In this document: positions 1 through 9,751 of the stretch, piece by piece
Position numbering within the stretch: position 1 is the stretch's first letter
Layout: each line of letters starts with the position of its first letter
Assembly (NCBI GenBank): GCA_963848295.1
Contig: CAWKDB010000010.1
Span: 3,072,001 to 3,136,000, forward strand
Reading direction: 5' to 3'
DNA from: an uncultured delta proteobacterium
GTDB taxonomy: Bacteria > Myxococcota_A > Polyangia > Haliangiales > Haliangiaceae
Length of the DNA: 64,000 nucleotides
Notes under the pieces: model-generated
Databases searched by the model: none
What the model was told of the DNA's origin: nothing
The model's input: the letters and a program-made list of their open reading frames with translations, nothing else
Made by a program: the position numbers and the translations under genes

Positions 1-81
1 TGACCCCGATTGCTTGACGATCCGGATGGCGTCTCGTAGACTGCCCCGGCTCTCGATCCGCCCGCTCTACAAGGTTTACAG

Positions 82-891
82 GTGCTTAGGTACAAAGAGA
101 CCGAGGATATCGACGCTCGTTTCACCGAGGTCGAGCGGATCGTCACGGCGTGGCGCGCGCGGATCGTCACCGCGAATCCGGTCGCACGCGCCGAGTTCAA
201 CAATCGGCTGCGCATCTCGTTGATCCATCACGACGCCGCGCTCGAAGGCGAAGTGCTGAGCTACAGCGAGATCAAGGCGGCGGTCGATCCGAGCATCATC
301 AGCGATCCGTCCCTGATCCCTTCGTACGAAGAGATCCGCCGGTTCGATGACGCGTGTAACTACGCGGCCGAGCACGCGGCGAACAAGAAGAAGCCGTTCA
401 AGCTCGAAACGATCCGCGAGATCTATTCGATCCTGTCGCCCGACGAGAAGGCCAAGGGCCTACCGTTCCGCAAAGAGAACCCGCTGCACCGGCTCTACTA
501 TCACGACATCTCGCCGCCCGAGAAGATCCTCCCGGCGATGCGCAAGCTCGGCGAGTGGCTCGACGATCCCGATGCGAAGCAATCGCACGTGATCGAGAAG
601 GTCGCGACGCTGCATTCGAAGTTCATGGCGATCTTCCCGTGGGCCAAAGAGAGCGGCCGGACGATCCGGATCGCTTCGAACTTGCTGCTGCAAGAGGGTG
701 GCTACCCGATCGCGATCGTCCACTCGATCGATCGCCAGCGCTATTACGAGGCGCTGCGCGGTGATCACCTCGGCCTGACCTCGCTGTATCTCGAAGCGGT
801 GCAGACCACCGCGGAGACCGAGATGCGCGTCTACGACGAAGCGGGCAAAGCCCCGCCGAAGCGCCGCTCGAAGAAGTCCGTCACGGGGTAA
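82..891 (+). CDS. Fic/DOC-fold protein with degenerate catalytic motif (probable pseudo-Fic)
   Basis: FMAIFPWAKESGRTIR aligns to Fic HPFxDGNGRxxR; N-terminal HDAALEG resembles the (S/T)xxxE(G/N) inhibitory motif; GYP..I..DRQRYYEAL C-terminal Fic pattern. Confidence 0.85.
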   Translation: MLRYKETEDIDARFTEVERIVTAWRARIVTANPVARAEFNNRLRISLIHHDAALEGEVLSYSEIKAAVDPSIISDPSLIPSYEEIRRFDDACNYAAEHAANKKKPFKLETIREIYSILSPDEKAKGLPFRKENPLHRLYYHDISPPEKILPAMRKLGEWLDDPDAKQSHVIEKVATLHSKFMAIFPWAKESGRTIRIASNLLLQEGGYPIAIVHSIDRQRYYEALRGDHLGLTSLYLEAVQTTAETEMRVYDEAGKAPPKRRSKKSVTG

Positions 892-902
892 CCGGTGGCG
901 TC

Positions 903-1322
903 GTGCGCGATCTCGTCGTTTCGCCTCGCCTGACCATCCCAGGTTCCGAGCTCGCGATCGCCTTCTCGCGGTCCGGCGGACCCGGCGGTCAGAACGTCAA
1001 CAAGGTGTCGAGCAAGGTCGACTTGCGCTGGAACCCGACGACGTCCGCCGCGGTGTCCGAGCATGATCGCGGCTGGCTGATCGAGCGCCTGCGCAGCCGG
1101 CTGACCGGCGACGGCACGCTGATCGTGACCTCGACGCTCACGCGCGACCAGATCCAGAACCGCGACGACGCCGAGTCGAAGCTCGTGCTGATCGTACGCA
1201 GCGCGCTCGAGCGACCGAAGCATCGCCGCGAGACCAAGCCGAGCCGCGGCGCGAAACGCCGGCGGGTCGCCGACAAGCGCCATCGCAGCGAGATCAAGCG
1301 CAACCGCCGCGGCGACGACTGA
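903..1322 (+). CDS. arfB: Alternative ribosome rescue peptidyl-tRNA hydrolase ArfB (YaeJ)
   Basis: SRSGGPGGQNVNKVSSKV GGQ motif, R.Q..N motif, basic C-terminal tail. Confidence 0.95.
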   Translation: MRDLVVSPRLTIPGSELAIAFSRSGGPGGQNVNKVSSKVDLRWNPTTSAAVSEHDRGWLIERLRSRLTGDGTLIVTSTLTRDQIQNRDDAESKLVLIVRSALERPKHRRETKPSRGAKRRRVADKRHRSEIKRNRRGDD

Positions 1323-2946
1323 TCACGGGCAGCTCTGGACCTTGAGCGTGGTCGGCGAGCTCATCGAGATGCCATCGAACACGTGGATCGTGTGCTTGCC
1401 GCAGTTGAGGGCTTTGCTCGTGTTGTGATCGGTCCAGTCCCTGGCGTCGATCGAGAACATGATCTGCGTCGCGCCGTTCGTGCTGTCGACGATGTAGTGC
1501 GGTTGGCCGCCATCGAACATCACGATGTTCTGGGTGCCGAAGAACGCGTTGCCGAAACCGGTCCCGGTGATCGTGATCGGCCCGGTGAAGCCGCTGTCGA
1601 CCGTGGCGGGCGAGATCGACGTGATCATCGGGTTGTCGGTCGTGGTCGTCGCGAAGATCGGCGCGAGCATGTTCGCGGTCTTTGCCATGTCGATCCACGG
1701 TTGCGGCGAGTCGCCGTTGACTGGATCGGTCGCGGGCGCGATGCCCGAGCACGGTCCGCAAGCGTCTTCGACCCAGTCGCCGTCGCTGGTCGGTGGCGGC
1801 GCGAGGGTCAGCGGATTGCACTTTCCCGACGCGACGAGCTGATCGTGCTGCTTGTTGTAGGCGTCTTGCGTCTGCTGGTCGGCGTCGGCGATGTTCTGCC
1901 ACGCCTCGAAGCGGATCCGGCCGATCTCTCGCGTCTGATAGTCGAACTCGATGTGATGCGCGCTGTCGCTGCCATCGTCGTAGTCCACCAGCGTCTCGAG
2001 CGGCGCCGACATCGTGCCGTCGTTCAGCGGGTACGAGTAGTAGGCGAACATCCACGGGTTCGGCGTCTCGTTCGTGAAGTCATCAGGATCCGGACACGTC
2101 GGGCTCGGGTTGTAGACCTTCCAGAACCGCAGGCCGTAGGTCTCGGTGTTGCCGGCATTCTTCGTGAGCGCATCGGTGTCGACGCGAACCTGCGTGTCGA
2201 ACAGGCTGTCGAGCACCGGCACGCCGCCCGAGCAGTTCGAGCCGACGTGATACGTTGGACCGTTCGCGTCGATCGTCGAGTAGCTCGTGATCGTGTCCGC
2301 CGATCGCAGGTAGACGTTCGCCGGCCCATCGCCGATGTCGAGCTCGCCGAGCGTGCCCTTGATCTTCATCGGGAACACACCGACCGCGGAATTGCCGCTG
2401 TCGACCGGGAACTCGTCGAGTAGCTTGTCATCGCCGACCTCGGTCTTGTGATACGGCAGGAATTCGCCGGGGGCGCAGATCGCGATGCGAGACGCACGCG
2501 GCGTTGTTATCGATCGGCGAGACACCGGTGACGACCGCGCCCGACGCGTCGAGACACACGTCCTGCATGAATAAATCGACCACGTCGTCCCAGCTCGATA
2601 GGCACGGATCGGTGCCACCGGTCGCGGGCACCTGGGCGGTGTAGTTGCCGTCGGCATCGAACGCATCGACCGCATAGCTGAACGGCGCGGCGCAGTTGAA
2701 GCCGGTGCTGGTGAAGCCGACGTCGGTCGAGGTCGTGACGAGGGCGCCGTCTTGATAGACATCGTAGCCGGCGGCGCCGGCGACGGCGTCCCAGGCGAGC
2801 GTGACCGTCGTGCGCGTCGTCGTCGCGGAGACGACCGGCGGGGCGAGCGTGCTCGTTCCACCGCCGTCACCGGAGGACATCGCGTCATGCCTCGCGGCGC
2901 ATGCGGCGAGAGACAGGACCGGCCACCACGTACTTCGGTGCTGCAT
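1323..2946 (-). pseudogene. Lipoprotein with N-terminal Fn3-like domain and C-terminal IPT/TIG-like domain, split by a one-base insertion at 2469-2473 (pseudogene or sequencing error)
   Basis: Lipobox LAAC and Fn3-like VTLAWDAVAGAAGYDVY in one frame; removing one C from the C5 run joins SHRDLRP to GEFLPYHK in the 1323-ending frame; C-terminal PMITSISP..ITITGTGF. Confidence 0.7.
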
Positions 2947-3858
2947 GTGGGTCGAGAACCGCATCGGCCTGGCGACGGCTCACACCTTTGGGAGATGAGA
3001 CGAAAGCCGCAACCTGCCGGCGACGGTGATAAGTAGAGTAATGTTTCTTGGCTGCTTCGCTAGGAAACGAGGTCTCGCTGGTGATCGGAACCACTGCCAG
3101 CTCTCGAAGCGAAGTGGGCGGCTCCGATGCCTGTGCAGAACACGGCTTGCGCGGCTCGAAGTTACCGGGGCAGATGGTGCCCGCGCTCGATGAGTACAAC
3201 GTGGTCAAGACCATCGCGACTCGACCATCAGTAACTCGCCGACGATTACGCTAGAATCCAGTCATGCGTACCGCGGCGTGTAGTGCGATCGTTTTCCTGG
3301 AAGTTGCTTGTGGCGGGCACAGCGCCGGAAGCCCAGATGCGCTGCTGCACCCTGACGGCGCGATGGACGCAAGCGGCTCAGGAACGCAGGCCGTTGCGTT
3401 CGCTGCTGCGGAATACTATTCGTGCGCGATCGATGACGCCGGGACGTTGAGCTGCTGGGGCGATAATCAGCTCGGCGAACTGGGCATCGCCACCACCACA
3501 GGCGTGGATATGCCGACGGTCGTAGGACCAACCGGTGTCTGGGCGACCGTCGCCGCCAACGCGGGAGTGACGTGCGCCATCAGAGTTGATGGAACGCTCT
3601 GGTGTTGGGGCGCCAACTACATCGCCCCCCCGTCTCGAGAGTCGTCGCCCGTGCAGATCGGCAGCGACATCGATTGGGCTGCGGTGTCTGTCGGTGGGGA
3701 TCACGCGTGCGCACTTAAGAGCAATCGGAGCGTCTGGTGTTGGGGATACAACTACGACGGTCAGCTCGGTGATGGGACGATGCTGGATTCTCCGACACCT
3801 GTAGTAGTCGAGTCGTCGACCGCACCTAGCGAATGGCAGACGGTAAGCGCGGGAGCTA

Positions 3859-5033
3859 AACAGGATCGCACAGGCTGAGATCCTCGCCTATTGACGAAGG
3901 ATCCCGAGAGGATCATCGTGCGGCGATCGTGGCTCGATCTCAACCAGGCAAGGCAATTCGTCGCTCGCGTCGCCGTGGCACGCAGCTCAAACAGCTCGAC
4001 GATTTTATCGTCGAAGCGCAACTCAAGAACGACCTCGGCGAATGGCGTCGGGGCCGTGCTGTTCGTGCATACATCGATGGACGAAAAGTCACGCACATCG
4101 CGGTCGACTTCGGCATCACACGCGGCTCCGTCAATCGCTGGCTCCAGTGGTACGACGTCGATCACGTTGAGGGGCTTCGGACTTCGATTGCCGAAGGCCC
4201 TGCGCCGAAGCTCACCGACGAGCAACGCGAGGCTCTGGGGATCATCATTGAACTGGGCCCGATGCAGGCAGGCTATCAGTCCGGTGTCTGGACCGGTCCG
4301 ATGATCGGCGACCTGATCGAGGAGCGGTTCGGCGTTCGCTATCACAATCATCACGTGCCGAGGCTCCTGCACCAACTCAAGTTCTCGGTCCAGCGGCCGC
4401 GTAAACGGCTGGCCCGAGCCGATCTTGCGCGGCAGGCCACGTGGCTGCGAGAGACCTTGCCGAAGATTAAAAAAAAGCGCGCCAGTGCCGCGGCGTCGTT
4501 GCCTTCGGCGACGAGGCCAGCTTCTGGCTCGACGGGACGCTCCACCAAACGTGGTCCCGAGTTGGCTGCCAGCCCCGCGTAGACACGTTCGGCATGCGCA
4601 AGACGGCGCACGTCTTCGGCGTCGTTACGCTCGAGCAACGACCACGGTTCCACTACAAGTTTGCGCCCGTCTTCAACGGACTCACGTTCTTCGACTTCCT
4701 CAAGCAGGTCGTTGCTCGAACCCGGCGCAAGATCTTCCTGATCATCGACAACGGTCCCTGCCACAATCTCAAGGAAGACGGAAAGCTGTGGCTAAAGGAG
4801 AACCGCCATCGCATCGAGCTGTTCCGACTGCCGCCCTATTCGCCCGAGTTCAATGCGATTGAAGGTGTCTGGAAAGTGACCAAGAAACGAACCACCCACA
4901 ATCGCTTTTACAAGACCGTCGAAGAGCGCGACACGGCCCTCTGCGCAACCTTCGCGATGTTTCAGGAGGACCCGAAGCTGATCGCGAATCACGTGGCCAG
5001 GTTCCTGTGATCCACAAGCCGTGCGATTCTGTT
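3859..5033 (+). mobile_element. IS630-family insertion sequence
   Basis: Imperfect terminal inverted repeats AACAGGATCGCACAGGCT (from 3859) and reverse complement AACAGAATCGCACGGCT (ending 5033); TA at 3857-3858; HTH plus DDE transposase inside. Confidence 0.92.
3929..5010 (+). CDS. IS630 transposase, expressed through a -1 frameshift at 4471-4477
   Basis: OrfA HTH (VNRWL..Y, WT...I..LIEERFGVRY, FSVQRPR); in-frame A AAA AAG heptamer; the -1 frame gives FGDEASF...IIDNGPCH...LPPYSPEFNAIE. Confidence 0.92.
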
Positions 5034-5940
5034 CGATCGGAGTTGGCGTGGCCGGGTACCTCGACGAGTCATTCCGTCGACCAGCAGGTGCCGGTACAGG
5101 TCGACACCGCCAACGGACTGGAGCTCGATCATCGAGTCGAGCGGATTCCACGCGTGGCTGGACATCCATGATAACGGAACGCTCTGGTGTTGGGGCGCCA
5201 ATGATGGAGGGCAACTCGGCGACGGAACGATGACTCCTCAGCCATCGCCCGAGCAGATCGGTGTCCGGACCGATTGGACGAGTATAGCGACAGGGGATGA
5301 GAAGACCTGTGCGGTTCGCACCGATCACACGCTGTGGTGTTGGGGAGTTTCTCTGACGCCGTTGCAAATTGGCACCGCGACCGACTGGGCGAGCGTTGTA
5401 ATGAGCGAATCGACGTGTGCGTTGACGACCGCGGGAGCTCTGTTCTGTTGGAGCGAACCACCGGCTACCGCAGCCCCTGTTCGCGTCGGTACTGCGACAT
5501 GGAAGGCGTTCGCGCTTGGTACATTCCATCAATGCGGCGTCGAGTCCGACGGCTCTCTGTGGTGCTGGGGCAACGACGCGGCCGGTGAGCTGGGGGATGG
5601 ATCGACCGTGGCGCAGGCCGATCCCGAGCAGATCGGTGCGGCCACCGATTGGTCTTCCATCGCGGTGGCTACGGAGTATTCATGCGCGACACGAAGTGAT
5701 GGAACCCTCTGGTGTTGGGGCGGCAACGAGTTCGGAGAGGTCGGCGACGGAACGACGACGAACCGGGCGGTCCCCACGCAGGTCGGCATAAACACGAATT
5801 GGGCGACGGTGTCGGGCGGCGCGGCACCCTGCGCGATGCGTACCGATGGAACGGCATGGTGTTGGGGAGACAACCTGACCGGCACTGTGGGCGACGGCGA
5901 GGCATGGAATGACGTCCCGACGGCGATCGCGCATTAGGGG

Positions 5941-6945
5941 CTACAGCGCCGCGTGCAACACCGTGCCGGCGTCGCCGACGATCCACAGCGCTTGCCCGGG
6001 AATTCCCCACGCGCCGTAGAAGCTGGTGAGCGCGTATTGCGAGTCGAGCGCGATCGCGTGCCACGCGGTGCCGTCCCAGTGCAGCACCGTTCCGGCGGCG
6101 CCGACTGCATAGATGTCATCGGACGCGACGACCCACAGCGCGTCGAGCGCGTAGCTCGTGCCGGTGTCGACCTTCGTCCAGCTCGCGCCGGTGAAGTGCA
6201 TCGCGAGGCCGCCGTCACCGACCGCCCACAGGTCGTTCGCGCTCGCGCCTGCGATCGCGCGCAGCGTGTGGCCATCGCCGATCTCGGTGTCGTTCGCGCC
6301 GTTCAGGTTCTGCACCGCGCCGTTGTCGCCGACGAACGTGTAGTCGGTCGGCGATGCCCCCCATGCCGAGGTGAGGTGAGTCGTCTGCGTCCCGGTCGAA
6401 GTGAACGTCGCGCCGTTCCAGTGGGTGAGCGCTTGCTCGCCGAAGAACCACACGTCGTTCGACGCGGTGCCGAACACGCCCGCGTAGTACAGGCCATCGA
6501 CGCCGGTCGCGTGATCGTTCGGCGTCCAGCTCGCGCCATCCCAGTGGAGCAGCGACCGCTCGTCGCTCTCGGCGAACGCGTCGCCGCCGACGATCCACAC
6601 GTCGTCACTCGCGGTGCCCCACACGCCATAGAGTCCGGTGAACGCGCCCGAGCTGCCGGCATCGGTGAAGGTCGCGCCGTCGGACGAATGCATGATTCGC
6701 CCGTAGCCGCCGCCGTCGTTGTTCGTCGTCACCCAGAGGTCGGTCGAGGATGCGCCCCACACCGCGGTCAACGTCTCCTTGTCGGTCGTCGACAGTGCGG
6801 TGAAGGCGAGCGGCGCCGCAGCATCGCTGCCACTGTCGACTCCTGGCCCGTCGCTTCCCGGCTGCGCGGCATCCGGCGACGCCGAGCGATCGGATGCGTT
6901 GCACGCGACCAGTAATGCGCAGGTAACAAGTGCGAGACGCGACAT
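5941..6945 (-). CDS. Lipoprotein with WG(A/T)S..D(L/V)W beta-propeller repeats
   Basis: LLVAC lipobox; about six WGxxxxDxWxVG..LHWxG repeats. Confidence 0.8.
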   Translation of the reverse strand: MSRLALVTCALLVACNASDRSASPDAAQPGSDGPGVDSGSDAAAPLAFTALSTTDKETLTAVWGASSTDLWVTTNNDGGGYGRIMHSSDGATFTDAGSSGAFTGLYGVWGTASDDVWIVGGDAFAESDERSLLHWDGASWTPNDHATGVDGLYYAGVFGTASNDVWFFGEQALTHWNGATFTSTGTQTTHLTSAWGASPTDYTFVGDNGAVQNLNGANDTEIGDGHTLRAIAGASANDLWAVGDGGLAMHFTGASWTKVDTGTSYALDALWVVASDDIYAVGAAGTVLHWDGTAWHAIALDSQYALTSFYGAWGIPGQALWIVGDAGTVLHAAL

Positions 6946-7004
6946 GCGCGTTCACTTCAGCAACGCGCATGCCGCGGATCGGTTCGCACACTTACGTCAC
7001 CGAC

Positions 7005-7051
7005 GGGGAGTCACGTGACCCCGCGTTCACGCAGCGGCGTGAATGACGCGG
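7005..7051. terminator. Paired hairpins just downstream of the ahcY stop; possible terminator or stabiliser
   Basis: GGGG-A-GTCACGTGAC-CCC palindrome at 7005-7022; TTCACGC/GCGTGAA stem extended by CCGCGT/ACGCGG (7021-7051); no U-tract. Confidence 0.35.
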
Positions 7052-7059
7052 ACTCGCGC

Positions 7060-8517
7060 CTAGTAGCGGTAGTGATCGGGCTTGAATGGGCCGTCGACCG
7101 GCACGCCGAGGTATTCGGACTGGACCTTCGACAGGGTCGTCAGCTTGACGCCGACCTTCGCGAGGTGGAGGCGCGCGACCTTCTCGTCGAGCTTCTTAGG
7201 CAGGACGTAGACGTGGCCGGCCTCGAACTTCATGCCGGTCATCTCGTCCTTGCCCTTGGTCGCGTTCGTCCACAGCGCGATCTGCGCGATCGTCTGGTTC
7301 GTGAACGAGTTCGACATCACGAACGACGGATGGCCGGTCGCGCAGCCGAGGTTGACGAGGCGACCGCGCGCGAGCAGCGTCAGCCGCTTGCCGTTCGGGA
7401 AGATGAACTGATCGACCTGCGGCTTGATGTTCTCTTCCTTGATCTCTTTGTTGTTCTCGAGCCACGCGACCTGAATCTCGCTGTCGAAGTGGCCGATGTT
7501 CGCGAGGATCGCTTCATCCTTCATGACGCGCATGTGCTCTTCGCGGATGACGTCCATGCAGCCGGTCGCGGTGACGAAGATGTCGGCTTCCTTCGCGGCG
7601 TCTTCCATCGTGACGACCTGGTAGCCTTCCATCGCCGCCTGTAGCGCGCAGATCGGATCGATCTCGGTGATCAGCACGCGAGCTCCGAGGCCGCGAGCCG
7701 ACGCCGCGCAACCCTTGCCGACATCGCCGTAGCCGGCGACGACCACGACCTTGCCCGCGACCATCACGTCGGTCGCGCGCTTGATGCCGTCGAACAGCGA
7801 CTCGCGGCAGCCGTAGAGGTTGTCGAACTTCGACTTCGTGACCGAGTCGTTGACGTTGATGCAAGGGAACAGCAGCGAGCCGGTCTTCGCCATGTCGTAC
7901 AGGCGATGGACGCCGGTCGTGGTCTCTTCCGACACGCCTTTGATCTCGCCCGCGATCGCGGTGAATCGGGTCTTGCTCTTCTTCAGGCTCTCGGTGAGCA
8001 CCGAGTAGATCACGCGCATCTCGTCGTTCGTCGCGGTCTTCGGATCGGGAGCGCTACCCTTCTTCTCGACCTCGGCACCCTTGTGGACGAGCAGCGTCAG
8101 ATCGCCACCGTCGTCGAGGATCAAGTTCGGGCCCTTGCCGCCCTGGAACGCGGTGAGCTGGAGCTCGATGTTCTGCCAGTACTCTTCGAGCGACTCGCCC
8201 TTCCACGCGAACACCGGCACGCCGGCCTTCGCGATCGCGGCGGCAGCTTCATCTTGCGTCGAGTAGATGTTGCACGATGTCCAGGTCACTTCCGCGCCGA
8301 GCGAGACCAGGGTCTCGATCAGCACGGCGGTCTCGATCGTCATGTGGAGGCAGCCGGCGATGCGCGCGCCCTTGAGCGGCGCCTTGCCCTTGAACTCCTC
8401 GCGCAGCGACATCAGGCCGGGCATCTCCTTCTCGGCCATGCGCATCTTCTTGCGGCCGAGCTCGGCGAGGGTGAGATCTTTGATCTTGAAGGCGGGGAAT
8501 TCAGTCCGGTTGTCCAT
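7060..8517 (-). CDS. ahcY: Adenosylhomocysteinase
   Basis: [59 protein letters not shown]-terminal YRY; GGAG RBS before the ATG at 8517. Confidence 0.98.
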   Translation of the reverse strand: MDNRTEFPAFKIKDLTLAELGRKKMRMAEKEMPGLMSLREEFKGKAPLKGARIAGCLHMTIETAVLIETLVSLGAEVTWTSCNIYSTQDEAAAAIAKAGVPVFAWKGESLEEYWQNIELQLTAFQGGKGPNLILDDGGDLTLLVHKGAEVEKKGSAPDPKTATNDEMRVIYSVLTESLKKSKTRFTAIAGEIKGVSEETTTGVHRLYDMAKTGSLLFPCINVNDSVTKSKFDNLYGCRESLFDGIKRATDVMVAGKVVVVAGYGDVGKGCAASARGLGARVLITEIDPICALQAAMEGYQVVTMEDAAKEADIFVTATGCMDVIREEHMRVMKDEAILANIGHFDSEIQVAWLENNKEIKEENIKPQVDQFIFPNGKRLTLLARGRLVNLGCATGHPSFVMSNSFTNQTIAQIALWTNATKGKDEMTGMKFEAGHVYVLPKKLDEKVARLHLAKVGVKLTTLSKVQSEYLGVPVDGPFKPDHYRY

Positions 8518-8551
8518 CGTGCTCTCCAGGTGTTGATCGTTACTTGCGAAC

Positions 8552-9520
8552 TCAGGCCGACGCGCGCGCCGGCTTGCGACCGACGGCGAGTTGTAAAGCA
8601 GGGGTGCCCGCGGACGCATTGCCGCCGGCGAACGGTTGTACGACGAGCGGGCGCAGCTGCGCGGCTTCGATCCAGCCGACCAGCTTCTGCGGCTCGAAGC
8701 CGAGCCAGACGTGGCCATGCTCGCGCAGCGATTCGTCGTCGTGCGGCACGTAGTCGATGATCGCGAGGTGACCGCCGTCGCGGAGCAGCCGGGTCGCGGA
8801 GCGGATCGCGTCCTGCGGCCGGCCGACGTGGTGGAGCACGCGCGCCATCACGACGAGATCCGCGCCGCCGCGCTGGCCGATCTCCTCGGCGAGGCCGGGG
8901 TCGTCGTCGCTGCTCTCGCGCAGCCGCACGTTCGGCAAGCCCCACGCGGCGATCCGTTCGGCGCAGCGCGCGAGTCGAGCTGCGCTGCGATCGACGGCGA
9001 CGACTCGGTCGTACAGCGGAGACAACACCGGCAGCAACGAGCCGTCGCCGGTACCGAGATCGATCGCGAGCGCGCGGCCGGGCAACAGCGGCGCGAGCAA
9101 CGGCAACCACGCGAGCAGCGCGGCATCGGCCGGCATCGGCACCGGCTCGCTCGCGGCGGCATGCTCGAACAGGTGGCGCGATAGATCTTCGCGCTGCGCG
9201 ATGACGCGCGGGATCTTCGCGAAGCTGCCGTCCTTGTGGCACAGCGCGCGGCCCTCGGCGATCGCGGCGCCGACGATAGGATCGACGACCGCGTCGGACG
9301 GAGCGTCCACTTTGAGCAGCGTGCGCGTGCCGTCGCGACGCGCAGCGAGCAAGCCGAGCTCGCGCAACGGCTGGGTCTTCTTCGTGATCTGCGGCTGGCT
9401 CTCGCCGAGCAACGTCGCGAGCTCGCCGACCGTGAGCTCTTCCTCTGCGCACAACGCGAGCAAGCGCAAACGATCCTCGTCGCCGAGGACCCGGAACAAA
9501 TCTGCGCGAGCCGACTGCAC
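8552..9520 (-). CDS. sahR: ArsR HTH plus SAM-methyltransferase-fold regulator (SahR-like)
   Basis: N-terminal [24 protein letters not shown] Ars[15 protein letters not shown] motif; VLHH..P and WLGF; directly upstream of ahcY. Confidence 0.85.
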   Translation of the reverse strand: MQSARADLFRVLGDEDRLRLLALCAEEELTVGELATLLGESQPQITKKTQPLRELGLLAARRDGTRTLLKVDAPSDAVVDPIVGAAIAEGRALCHKDGSFAKIPRVIAQREDLSRHLFEHAAASEPVPMPADAALLAWLPLLAPLLPGRALAIDLGTGDGSLLPVLSPLYDRVVAVDRSAARLARCAERIAAWGLPNVRLRESSDDDPGLAEEIGQRGGADLVVMARVLHHVGRPQDAIRSATRLLRDGGHLAIIDYVPHDDESLREHGHVWLGFEPQKLVGWIEAAQLRPLVVQPFAGGNASAGTPALQLAVGRKPARASA

Positions 9521-9526
9521 GAGTCA

Positions 9527-9555
9527 TTGATATTCCATCATGCGCATATTGGCAA
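9527..9555 (-). promoter_or_regulatory. Sigma70-like promoter overlapped by a 20-bp imperfect palindromic operator
   Basis: TTGCCA (9550-9555), 17-nt spacer, TATCAA (9527-9532); ATATTCCATCATGCGCATAT at 9530-9549. Confidence 0.55.
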
Positions 9556-9751
9556 GTGAGCGAAGTAAAACATTTGAATCATAGACATAACTCGGAATCG
9601 ATGCAGGCGGTGCGCGGGCTCCGGATGAGTCGAACAACGATCGCCGGGTATCTAAGGCCAAAGATCGCCTACGCCTATGCTTTCGCTTACGCCTACGATC
9701 TCGGCGGTTTGACTTGATCCATGCAGGCTCCTATCCTCGACGAGAAGGGCG

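Larger units (their letters stand above)
3264..5937 (+). pseudogene. RCC1/BLIP-II repeat beta-propeller lipoprotein interrupted by IS630
   Basis: Repeated DG(T/S)LWCWGxNxxG(E/Q)LG motifs both before (3264-3858) and after (~5040-5937) the IS; VACGG lipobox; extra indels at 5034-5165. Confidence 0.85.

Noticed and set aside
2970..3250. Short ORFs between the divergent lipoprotein genes
   Set aside because: No recognisable motif or coding signal
8518..8551. SAH/SAM riboswitch upstream of ahcY
   Set aside because: The intergenic gap is only 34 nt and a protein regulator is adjacent
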